From: Hormiphora californensis
Lineage: Eukaryota > Animalia > Ctenophora
DNA length: 64,000 nt
Direction of reading: 5' to 3'
Assembly: GCA_020137815.1 (NCBI GenBank)
Contig: CM035353.1
Location: 4,774,001 to 4,838,000 of the forward strand
Both the position numbers and the translations under genes were made by a program. Under the pieces are notes generated by a model, which had not been told where the DNA came from, did not search any database, and saw nothing but the letters and a program-made list of their open reading frames with translations. Shown here piece by piece: positions 24,987 to 37,170 of this stretch (position 1 is the first letter of the stretch; each line of letters begins with the position of its first letter).

Positions 24987-25132
24987 CAGTCGGACCCCGA
25001 TTTACCGGGAACCTTGGGGGAAAGGGTTTTGTCTGGTAAATCGGGGTGCCCGGTATATCGGGGTCAAATCCCAATATTGGGGGAAATTTATCCTCCCGGT
25101 AAATCAGGGTCCGGTAAATCGGGGTCCGACTG
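24987..25132. mobile_element. Tc1/mariner/pogo-type MITE, TA TSD
   Basis: TIR cagtcggaccccgatttaccgg; TA on both sides; the empty paralogous site is visible at ~23820. Confidence 0.9.
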
Positions 25133-26087
25133 TATTTGAGTTGGTTTGAAAACTCACATCATTTTTCTACCGCTTCAGAATAAGGAAAGAAATGACTGGA
25201 TGCACATTCAACGACAAAATACGTGAAGAGAAAACCAAAAAAATACTAAAACTCTTTACAAATTATATGAAGAAGCCAAAATCGAAAATTTAGAACATAA
25301 ATATAAAGATGTAAAGAAAGAAAGAGATAGTTTAAAAGATGAAAATGAAAATTTGTTAAAAGAAATTGAAAGATTAAAGATGGAGTTAGCCAAAAAGGAA
25401 AAAGGACAGGGTGAGGCAACATACATGGCTAACCTGGTGCTGCCAGAGTTGGGGACTGACGTATTTTCAGAAATCGACCTCAACCTTGGATATACCACAA
25501 CTTGGGCTGAATAAGGTAAGCTACTGCTGCATTATAGAGGGGTAAAACAAGTAACGAAGAGCAGTTGACAACTACAGTCAACAAAAGCTCCGCTCACAAG
25601 ATAAAGAACAGGAACTGGTTTCCGAGAATTAAAAACTGCTTCTTGTACAAGCAATTTCCGTCCAATCAATGAATGTGCAGCTATCATATTATACAATATA
25701 TTTCATAGTTATATTTGATTTATATCTAATAAAACCCTCCCTTCCACTCCTTATAAGAGGATTATGATTATGTTATTCCACAAAGAATAAACGGGAAAAG
25801 AGAAAACTATACATTTTCTTCAGTGACAGCGAAACGGAGGAAATTAATTCTTTCTTTCTAGATATTTGAAAGTGAAGATCTAACGAGCTTAGCTTATCAT
25901 GATGCAAAGGAGATGAAGGAGATTTACAAATGTAATAATTAATAAGCAACATCCGTCAATGTTAATTATATACTGGGTTTAATTTTGTATGAAAGTGACT
26001 ATCGCCAAATCAATTATATATGATATAATTTCAGTTATTATATTAACCGGTAGATATAACAATGTTACTGGATTCTTTAACATACTT

Positions 26088-26176
26088 GAATCACGTGACG
26101 TCATAAATCACGTGATTAAAGCCGTGTAATGAGCACAGTCACCTGAATACGCTCATTACACGGTTTTCCAACTACT
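26088..26176 (-). mobile_element. Polinton/Maverick-type terminal repeat (right end), copy 2
   Basis: ..tcacgtgacgtcat..ccgtgtaatgagc..gctcattacacggttttccaactact; same terminal 25 nt as copy 1. Confidence 0.6.
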
Positions 26177-26461
26177 ATCAAGTAAGTTAAGGGGATCCTG
26201 AAGATGGCTGATAAGCTTGATAATAAGTTGATCGCCACAGAAGGCAAAATATGAAGCGAACATAAGAGCGGCAAAAAATATATTAAAAGAATGGAAGAAC
26301 GGTTGAAGGAGGAAGGAGGAGATGGCGACAAAGACGACAGTTGTAGAGGACCGGATAGTAGTAGAGGACCAGATGAACAACGAAAGATGGCAGTCGCTGG
26401 ATCTGGAGTTCCACTAGCTATATTGCTGCAAAGGAGCTCACACATGAACGCTAGCCCTCAG

Positions 26462-26590
26462 AATCTTTATGGCTGGAGTATGTCACAACCGCTACCAGTA
26501 GATGGATTAAAATGGGTTACCACAACCAACTGGAATCATGAAACTTTAAATGAACTAGAAATGAAAGAGGGAATGATTCTAGAAGTTGAT
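26462..26590 (+). pseudogene. Protein-primed DNA polymerase B (Polinton/adintovirus-type) motif-A fragment
   Basis: NLYGWSMSQPLPVDGLKW..GMILEVD matches the DANNLYGWAMSQxLPxxxFKW..GYILEVDL segment of PolB2. Confidence 0.85.
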
Positions 26591-27389
26591 GGCTCTCTCT
26601 CTCTCCCACACAACAATCACAGATGAAATGATTTCCCCATTTTCAGGGGGGGGGGGGGTTACGTCGGCCTTAATTTATAATATTAAATAAAGTATACAGC
26701 ATAAATCATTGGAATCAATCACTTGTAAATGAGAATTATAATTCTGTTGCCAAGTTAGACTGTTATTCACGCGCCCCGTACAAAACAATAATTCTGATGA
26801 TGAATATGTATATTGTATAGACTATAGACTATAGTCTATACAATATAAATATTCATCAGGGCCACTTGCAGCTGCCCCTTTCAAGGTAAAAAACTAGCAA
26901 TTTAGTTTGATGAACTAACGAAATAATAGCTCATCAAATCAGATTCTTATAGAGATGCTAGATTGGAAAAAGCAATGGAGGTAAAAAATTGGCTTCTATT
27001 CTTCTGAATCGTGAAGGATATATGTTGTACATATTCGCAACCTCAAAATCTACGTTAAGGAGGGAGCAAAAGTTACCAGTGTATCAAGAGCTATTTCTTT
27101 CAACGAAAGTTGTTGGTTGAAATGATATTATATAAACGCTAATACAGAGAGAAGGAGAATGGCAATCGACGACTTGGTGGACTGCAAAATTAAACTATTT
27201 AATTATAATTTTATTTATTTTAAAATAATTAAACGAGTTGCAAAGATAAAGCTAGCTTCCTATGAAACTAGGAGGAGTTAAATCCAATGTGTACCTGTGT
27301 GAAGCTTACACCACGAACCCAAGGATCTTGGAAGCCGAACTTGAGGCACCAGGTAAAAATAATTCCAAACCACACCTTTGTCGTCGGCA

Positions 27390-27986
27390 TATACTGTGTG
27401 ATTTTAAATGACTGAGACTGGTATATTGCGAATTGCGTGAAAACTATGGCATCTTTTGACTTCAAATTTTGGGACATGATAAAACTAGGTTGTAGCAATT
27501 TTCTCCTAGATTTACAGCAAATTTCAATGTTCCTGAATGAATCTATTGCCCAAAAACCTCCTCCAACTTTACACAGTCATATCTCTGGAGTCTAATGAGA
27601 TAGAGAGTTCAAATTTTTAGGAGAGACAGATAAGACGATTTCGAATATTTTGTCTGCTTTACGAGTTGCTACATTTTACCATTTGTTCACAGGAACTGTT
27701 TAAAGTGATTTAACACGCTCTAATTAGGCCAAATTTAGGTCATTTTACCCCTCAAAGATCACATGTCCAGCTGCATCTAGTGGGCTAATGAGGCCTTGAA
27801 CACAGCTCTCCTTTTTCATCTTGAACCAGCAGACATGATCATGGTGTCTGGAAGTGGTAACAAGCTGTAGGATACCAGACAGACTAGATGCTCTCTACTT
27901 CAACGTATCACTCTCTCCCTTTCTCGTTATAAGGTCACGTGACTGGAATTTAGATCTGGACATGAGCGGGAGAGAGCTAGAGAGAG

Positions 27987-28062
<76 letters not shown>

Positions 28063-28676
28063 CGTTGTAGACATTGTGATCATGTCGAGATCCCAATTCC
28101 AGTTACGTGATATAACGAGAAAGGGAGAGAGTGATACGTTGAAGTAGAGAGCATCTAGTCTGTCTGGTTTTCTACAGCTTGTTACCACTTCCAGACACCA
28201 TGATCATGTCTGCTGGTTCAAGATGAAAAAGGAGAGCTGTAACGTGACGTACTGACGTATGCGTGTTCAAGGCCTCATTAGCCCACTAGATGCAGCTGGA
28301 CATGTGATCTTTGAGGGGTAAAATGACCTAAATTTGGCCTAATTAGAGCGTGTTACGTCACTTTAAACAGTTCCTGTGAACAAATGGTAAAATGTAGCAA
28401 CTCGTAAAGCAGACAAAATATTCGAAATCGTCTTATCTGTCTCTCCTAAAAATTTGAACTCTCTATCTCATTAGACTCCAGAGATATGACTGTGTAAAGT
28501 TGGAGGAGGTTTTTGGGCAATAGATTCATTCAGGAACATTGAAATTTGCTGTAAATCTAGGAAAAAATTGCTACAACCTAGTTTTATTATGTCCCAAAAT
28601 TTGAAGTCGAAAGATGCCATAGTTTTCACGCAATTCGCAATATACCAGTCCCAGTCATTTAAAATCACACAGTATA
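27390..28676. mobile_element. Foldback element with ~575-bp inverted arms and central (GA)n
   Basis: tatactgtgtgattttaaatgactg.. mirrored by ..cagtcatttaaaatcacacagtata; (GA)n at ~27994-28058. Confidence 0.9.
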
Positions 28677-29565
28677 ATGGAGCACACTACACAGTACACA
28701 CTTAGAATGCCAACAAGTAACACTAGTAATTTGTTTACTAGTTACCAACGGCTAGATAAATCTGCAGGCAACAGGCTAGAAAATGAATTTTTAAATTAAT
28801 ACAGTTTAACTGTATTAATCAGCTGATAAAGTTTTGCCAGTTAATGTCATTAATTGATAATTTATATGATTAATTTACTCATATTAAAGGTATATATTTG
28901 GGGGAATTGAAAGTTACGAGAGTTACGGAAGTAAGTAAAGCCATATATTTCTCTTGAAAGTTGCTGGATAGCAGAGGACGCTTTTGAAGGCGGTTATACG
29001 GATGCAAATGCAGATACTAAAGAAAGAACTGATAAGAGGTATGTTGACAGTTCCAATCAGAGAACTATAAACATGCATGGTGTTTAATATACTGTTGCAC
29101 TTTATTATATAATATAATGGGATTAGTAGACGATTACATGATGTCGATGTGGTGGATCGAAACCCTGCTCGTATAGAGAAATAAGGGTTAGAGGAGGCTT
29201 TATACCCATACATGCCATCTCAAAGGAACACTAAGAAGAGATTATGGATGTTGCACAACGGGACTGTCCAGGACACAATTTTACCTGTCCTCTGCTTCAC
29301 AAGTGCGAGCAGCAATCATTACTAGATAAAGTTTAAACCCTCCAGCTCCGATACCCTGTTTTGTCAATGACACTTGCTGACTGCTGTAGTCAGCTATACT
29401 ATTAATTTTATTATTAGATATTTTAAATCCCACATAACAGCTGAGGAGGAAGAGGAGGAGATGCAGGAAGCAGTGGACGCAAAATATCTAAGGACTCTCC
29501 CAAAAAAGGAGCTACGAAAGAAAATGCAACTCCTAAAAATGGAACTGATAAGACGTTGCGAGGGA

Positions 29566-30207
29566 GAGTGGTGGCCCCAGCCTGGGGTGGTGGGGGGGGT
29601 GGCCACCCCCCCAAACATTTTCAGATAGGGGTTGTCGGGGGTGGTAAAATGGTTGAAAAATGTGTTCTAAATAGCTTGAAATTCGTCAAAAATCAAAATT
29701 TTCCGGGGGCTTCGCCCCCTTACCCACACCAATAGCTGACAATCGATATTATATCGGTCTAAATTGCTTAAAATTCATAAAAATTACAATTTTCCTGGGG
29801 CTTCGCCCCTTTCCATCATAACGAGGGCTAAATATGGTTGAAGATTTCTCTTAAATGGCTGAAAACTGTCCAAAAATTTGATTGAGATTGCATAAATTCA
29901 TCAAAAATCTAAAATTTTCCGGGGGCTTTGCCCCCTAACACACACCAATGGCTGAAAATCGTTATTCTATTGTTCTAAATTGCTTAAAATTCATCAAACT
30001 TAAAATTTTTCGGTCGCTAAAAGTCTTGAATGGCTGAAAATTGTTCAAAAAGTGGTTCTAGATTGCTCAAAATTCATCAAAAATCTAAAAATTTTCCGCC
30101 CCCCAAACCCCCTGCCGCAGCTCCCTCGGCGCCGCTTCGCGGCACCTCGGTCACTTGGTTTCGGGATTGACCACCCCCCCAAAATATCCGTGCTGGGGCC
30201 ACCCCTG
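29566..30207. mobile_element. hAT MITE, 8-bp TSD GCGAGGGA
   Basis: TIRs gagtggtggccccagc / gctggggccacccctg; TSD at 29558-29565 and 30208-30215; internal aaaattttccgggggcttcgcccc repeats. Confidence 0.85.
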
Positions 30208-31218
30208 GCGAGGGACAGTTAACAGAGCTCTATAGACTCACATTTTAATCTATATTATATATTTTTACAACCCAACCAAATCTATTCTCGAGATCAACCC
30301 TCAACTTGAGGTACGATACTGGACACTTTTACCTGTCCTTTGCTCCAAAAGTGCGAGCAGCAATTATTTGCATTGCACCGACCCTAAAACTAAGTTTTAG
30401 TAACCGTGATGTAATTCTGTACAAGGAAGATTGTATTCATCACAAACTTTTTAACGTGTGCTACACGGAGTCTAATAATTTAATTTTATCTAGGAAAATA
30501 GCTTTTTTCCTCTCTCTCATGACTACATTATATGATATGGGGTGGTACGTGACTGCGCTCGTTTCACACAAAACACACATTTGACATCTTTATTTTTTCA
30601 TGTTTATCATCTTATAAATTGCAGCAGATCTTTCTTCATCTTCTTTTACTCTCATTTTCATTCTCTTTTTATTCTTGCAGAGTCCTCAAAAAGTTCAATC
30701 TTTACACAGCCGTTAAACCAGCACACATATGCTGCTCTGACTTCTGCAGGTGTTACAATGCGGTGTAACAATTCTGTTACCACTCTTGGGACGTCTTCCT
30801 TAGAAACTTCATAACTAAACTACTTTTTATTTACACTTTTCGTGAGTTCTGCAATACTAAATTATTAAATATTATAAATCAGTCTTTTAATTCAATTTCG
30901 TTTTCTTCTGGTTTTCATCTTTAATTTAGTAGCATGATTTCATCTTTTGATTTTAATAATAACTTTCTGTAAGTGACCGTGCTGTATACTATCATTATAG
31001 TTTAGATATTTATTAAGTTGTTCGCTTCTACTATTATGTCTCCTACGTATTTGATTACTAAAAGAGGAAATCAACATCACACGAGACTAGTAAACTCCTC
31101 ACAATCACAATTATCTCTTTGACAATTTGTTTCGTGCTGTTTTTAGTGCTCCTGCAGATCCCAAACTCTCAATTATCTCCCACAGATTTGTACAGGATGG
31201 CAGTCGGAGGCCGCAGGG

Positions 31219-31575
31219 GTGGTCATCAACAGCCAGGGGGCACCAGGGGAGGCCGCAGGGGTGGGCAGTGGCACCAGTAGATACGACCATGAGATGGCGA
31301 TTGAGATAGATATAGAAGAGGCCGAAGCCAGGATGAGCGAGCTGAGGGAGATAGTACAGAAGAGGAAGAAAGAGCGATCAGAGGCCATTCGGGCCGCGAG
31401 AGAGGAAGAAGCGAGACTGGCAAGAGAGGAGGTAGAACGGCAACGGTGGGAGGCCGAGCAACGAGAAAGAGAGGCAGAGAGAGAACGTATCAGGGCGCTG
31501 GCGGCACTACGAGCTAGGGAGGCCGAAGAGGAGTCTTTTAATTCAATTTTATTTTCTTCTGGTTTTCATCTTTAA
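31219..31575 (+). pseudogene. Glu/Arg-rich coiled-coil ORF fragment (paralogous piece at ~61035-61140)
   Basis: RERIRALAALRAREAEEE present in both places; ends in a duplicated non-coding module. Confidence 0.45.
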
Positions 31576-32390
31576 TTTAGTAGCATATGATTTCATCTTT
31601 TGATTTTAATAATAACTTTCTGTAAGTGACCGTGCTGTATACCATTATTAGTTTAGATATTTAGTAAGTTGTTCGCTTCTACTATTAAATTGTCTTGAAC
31701 TACTATCCATCAGCACATGAGAATGTTCGTTTTAACCAACCAATAATAACTTTCTGTAAGTGACCGTGCTGTATACCATTATTAGTTTAGATATTTAGTA
31801 AGTTGTTCGCTTCTACTATTAAATTGTCTTGAACTACTATCCATCAGCACATGAGAATGTTCGTTTTAACCAACAGTTGATTACTGTGTTTTGTGAACTG
31901 ACCTCCCCAGACGCAAATTATGAGATAAGGAGTACAATATTAAATAAAATAGTTAACAACTCGACTGGATCCGTGTAAACCCTAATGTAACACGTTGGCG
32001 GGAAGGCTTATTGACCTCTCCATGGGCCAACCACCCTCCCATGTCATTAAATTGATTAATTGACACATCCATTGATCCAATAGCAATGATCCGATAAATA
32101 TATTTTTAGACAGTCTGTCAGTATGCTCACACAATCGTGAAACTGTTCGTTTTTAGATAAATTATAGCTTAATCATCCTCCAGGAAACGAAGACGCAGAG
32201 AGGCAAGAAAGCGGCTGACATAGTATGTGAAGTGTGAACTGAGGAGAAAATTACATATAATTATATAGAGAAAATAAATTAAATTAGTTAATATTCAACT
32301 GGATTGAGTCAGCCCACCCCTAAGGGCGAATATGAAGTGCCACAAGTGCTCCCTGAGGACTGGAGGGAGCAATATACTACATGTCACCCC

Positions 32391-32552
32391 AGTAGTATAT
32401 AAAATAGTACCGCTGTGACAAGATTCTGGTGTCACAACCATATTTGGGCATATCACGTGACATCACATGACGTCACATGATGTCACGTGATTTTGATGTT
32501 ACATGAAATCACTCGATCCGTGATGTGATATACCCAAATATGACGTCACATG
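32391..32552 (+). mobile_element. Possible Polinton-type left terminus of a different element
   Basis: Begins AGTAGT where a repeated coding module breaks off; clustered TGACGTCA/CACGTG motifs and short palindromes. Confidence 0.35.
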
Positions 32553-35249
32553 TCAAGGAGGAGATTGGTTGTACTCCTACTTTGGAGGAACGAAATGAGA
32601 GAAAACAGCTTGTTGACCGGTTGACTGACAACAAAAGTTATATCGGGCCCTCCGTCTCTATACACGCCAGAGACGCCAGCACTAGCAGTGACCCGAGCAG
32701 TGACTCCTCCAACAACAACGGACCCCCTCCGAACCGGCCTCCCTAGATTTACCAAAGAAAGATCGACAACATGGGGATGATCTCCAAAGCCATCAAGCTT
32801 AACATAATAGGGGATGTCATCACCAAATATTCTATACCCCCCCCCATGATCCTAATTAATATTATTCTTTATTTTCAGGATCAGTTCATTCCAGTCGTAC
32901 CAGTTGCACCAGTACAATGGAACACGCCCGTGCCGTCAACTTCATCAGCTCAGCAAGGATACCCTGAATTCACTCCCGTGCCGTCAACGTACGCAATGTT
33001 ACGATTCGATACAACATTTGATTCTTGTCTTGAGAAAGACGCTACAAGAGAGGACAGGCCATCAAAATCAAAGGTAACTTATTAGATAGAAAATTATATA
33101 GAGAATATAAATTAAATTAGTTAATATTCGACTGGATTGAATTCACATAAATACTTTTATTTTATTCATATTTAACATTTTTAAAACAAGCTAACCTCTC
33201 CATTCAATCGCAGTTATATCCTGTGGCCTTAAACTTAACCAGCGCTGAAAGAGATTTAATGGATATATTTGGGGTAAAGGAATATGGAAGATATCCTAAC
33301 TCGGACATCTATGAAGAAAATATGGGTAAGTTGGACCTACGAATCCACTAAGGAAGATAGCATGCAACGAAGTGCCACAAGTGCTCCCTGAGGATTGGAG
33401 GGAGCTGTTATCTACACGTTGATACTCAATTTTGTATTTCATCCACAGAACGAAAAGCCGACACTTGAAAGGATAAAAATACTAGAAGAAAAACTCGTCA
33501 TACTGGAAGCACGCCTTAATTCTCTCACTGAATCTACCGAAGTTGATTCAATAGATAGATTTCTAGAAAGTTTGTCAGTATGCTCTCACACAAAGACAGA
33601 TTATTAGATATCGAGAGATCAGTGATGTAAATTATATGTTATTTCCATATTTTAATTTGATGTGTCTGCCCACCCCCTGCCCCTGCCCGTCCCCACTGTC
33701 TAATCATTCTATATCCCTATCTCTGTAGCAATATTTCGATTCGATACAACATTTGACTCTTGTCTTGAGAAGGACGCTATCAAAGGACGCCATCAAAATC
33801 AAAGGTAACTTATTAGATAGAAAATTATATAGAGAAAATAAATTAAATAAATATTCGACTGGATTCAACAGCTCTAATTGATACTTTGGTGTACTATATG
33901 ACAACATCGGTTCTAGCAGGCCTGTTAAAACTGTATGAGAAGTTAGTGAACAGAGGGAAACAAAAAACTCCCAGGTCAAATGTGCTTGAAAAGGTTTATG
34001 GCCTAACGGTAAAGAAAGAGACAAAGTATCCCAGAGACGGTAAGTAAAAATTAGTTAAGGAATCAAGATACACTAGTGTATTCAATAAATATAAACACAT
34101 ACATACTTTTATTTTATTCATATTTAACATTTTTAAAACAAGCTAACCTCTCCATTCAATCGCAGTTATATCCTGTGGCCTTAAACTTAACCAGCGCTGA
34201 AAGAGATTCAATGGATATATTTGGGGTAAAGGAACATGTATGCTTGGGCATGTTCGGGATATCTTCCATATATATGGAAGATATCCTAACTCGGACATCT
34301 ATGAAGAAACACATATATATCCTCCCCAGGACCTCCGGGGGACTCCTTTCCCTGATACATTATTCCCCCGTGACGAAGTCAAAGGGCAGCAAAAGTATAC
34401 TTGTATTGACCACTATGGAACCTATAGAGGTAAAGGAACATGGAAGATATCCTGACTCGGACATCTATGAAGAAACACATTATATATCCTCCCCAGGACA
34501 GGTTGGAGCCCTAACCGAGGAAATAGTGGACAGGATGAGTCAGCCCACCCCTAAGTGCGAAAATGAAGTGCCACAAGTGCTCCCTGAGGATTGGAGGGAG
34601 CACTACAATACATGTCACCCCGAGCTACGCCCCATCTGGCGACATCTATGAAGAAAGTACATATTATCTGATTACTACATTTATTATAGCTTCCTTGTCT
34701 GTGTTATATATAGTGAGATTATGTAATAACATTTCCATTCTTTTATATGATGATAAAGATGATGATAAAGAGATTTCCTGGACGAACTATATATACCTAT
34801 ATATATTTATAAACTAATTAGCTTATTATATCCTTAGAACACTAAGAAAAGATTCATTATAAGATGCTTGTTTTTAGATATTTAAAGGAATTGGTAGACC
34901 CGGAGGTTGTCGTGATAGACCTCCGGGAGTTCTACACGTTCCCACGGGAGCTCCACGCTCCCACTACATTCTGGATACGCTACATCTCATTCATCGATGT
35001 ACTGGGGGTGGATGATGATCTTGATAGCGCCGACAAAATCTCCAGAATGACAATTAGGGGAAACCCGAGATATTGTGGTGGATTAAAGGGGCTTTTCTTT
35101 TCATTTCCAGGTGTATTCTGTGGCTCAAGAGATGACTGCTGGTGAGAAATACACCATGGACAAATTAGGGCTGCCATACAGTGGGGAAACACCTGGCCCT
35201 AACGGGTTTCAGGAAGGTAAATTATATCTGACTCACTACATAAAATTAA

Positions 35250-36550
35250 AAAATAACCTTTTCCAAAAATTTTTCGGGGGGCCCGTCAAAGTTGAAATAC
35301 CTTTATTTTTTTGGGAAAAACTTTAGGGTTTCAGGCTTTTAAAAAGGGGCCTTTAAAAAAAATTTGGAAAAAATGAAAAATTTTTAAGGGGTTTCCAAAT
35401 TTTTTTTTTTTTTTAAACCCACCCCCCCTTCCAATTTGAATAACGGGGGTTTTCTTAAAAAGGGGGCGAAAAAAAAAGGGGAAAGGGGGGTTAAAAAAAG
35501 TTACTCCCACCCGGGGGGGCCTTTTTAAAAATTTAAAAAAAGGGAAATTTTTAAAACCCCCTTGTTTTTGAATCGTCAAACAGGGCCGTTAATCCCGGTT
35601 TTGAAAAGAAGAACGTTACCACAATTCCCCCGGGGGGGTTTGGGGGAAAAATTTTCAAAAAACTTTTTTTGAAAATTCAAAGCTGATAAAAGCTTTGGCA
35701 AGTTTTAAAATTTTGAAAAAAAAAAATTAAAATTTTTAAAGTTCCCCCAAATTTTTGGGAATCGGTAACATTCATCACCCCCCCCCAAAAATTTTAAAAA
35801 GAAGATAGTTCCCAAAAAATGAAAAGAATTTTACCAGGAAAAATTAAAATTTTCAAAAAAAAGGGGGAAAAACCTCCCGGTAAACTTTTCCAAAAAGGGG
35901 GGGTTAAAGGGGGGGAGAATATAAAAAAAATTAAAATTTATTAAATTTTCAAAAAAATAGTCCCCCCCGGGGGAAAATATATACAATCCCCTTGGGGATG
36001 GGGGGGAAATTTTTTTCCCCCCCAAAGAAAAAATAGTGGGTTTCAAGTTGTGAAAAAATTTTTGGGTTGGCCCCTTGGCCGGAAAAAAAAAAAATGACCC
36101 GGGGGGAACCCCCAAAGAGGGGGGTTCTAGGAAAGGGAAGGTTTTTTTTAAAAGTGGGGAAAAACGTTTTTGATTTTAAAAACCCAAAAGAATGGGTCTT
36201 CATCCGCCAAACCCAACCACGGACCCGGGGGTGCTTAAAAAAGGGCCCCTAACCCCCCCAAATTTTAAAAAAAGATCCCGGGGGATGTTCAAAGTCAAAA
36301 AATTGGGGGTTTTTTCCCAAAAAATTTTTAACCCCCCCCCCAGTTTAAAAAAAATATTTTTTTATTTTAAAAAAAATTTTTTCAGGAAATTGGGAAAAAA
36401 TAAAAACCCCCTCCCGTAATTTTTCTTTTTGAAAGGGATCCCCTGTTCATCCCTGCCTAATCCCCTTTGTATCTTTTTTTTCGTTTAGAAAGACGCTCAA
36501 AACCAAAAATAAAGGAATTTTAAGAAAAATTGAAATTTTAAAAATATTTA
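35250..36550. other. Homopolymer-saturated segment, probable sequencing/assembly artefact
   Basis: Almost entirely A/T/G/C runs; 36170-36550 reads as a garbled version of 32620-33140. Confidence 0.8.
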
Positions 36551-37044
36551 ATTGATGGATTGAATTCACATAAATACTTTTATTTCATTCATATTTAACA
36601 TTTTTAAAACAAGCTAACCTCTCCATTCAATCGCAGTTATATCCTGTGGCCTTAAACTTAACCAGCGCTGAAAGAGATTTAATGGATATATTTGGGGTAA
36701 AGGAATATGGAAGATATCCTAACTCGGACATCTATGAAGAAACACAAATATCCTCCCCAGGACAGGTTAGAGCCTTAACCGATGAAATAGTGGATAGTAT
36801 GAGTCAGTCCACACCTAAGGGCGAATATGAAGTACCACAAGTGCTCCCTGAGGACTGGAGGGAACGATATACCACATGTCACCCAGAGTTGAGACCGATT
36901 TGGCGACATCTATGAAGAAAGTATGGTCCTCAGAAGCTGGGACCATTGATACTTCCACACAGATATTGCGTTGCATATAATAAAGCTCTTTTCTCGAGCA
37001 AGGTATTTTCATTAATTAGCACTACAAAACACATACATACTTTT

Positions 37045-37170
37045 ATTATTGAGATGATCCTCCTATTTTTAGACTGGGGGTCGCTATCGGTTGTCAGCCA
37101 AGTCAATCATCGTCTGAGGGAGTACATTCTTGGAGACAGGACTTGTCTGGCAAAAAGATGCGGCCTAAGG
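37045..37170 (+). pseudogene. F-box-like fragment
   Basis: IIEMILLFLDWGSLSVVSQVNHRLREYI fits the ExxxxIxxYL(D)xxxLxxxxxVxxxxxxx F-box pattern; the LP start is missing. Confidence 0.45.

Noticed and set aside
35331-36419. K/F/P/G-rich ORFs
   Set aside because: Translations of homopolymer-garbled sequence.
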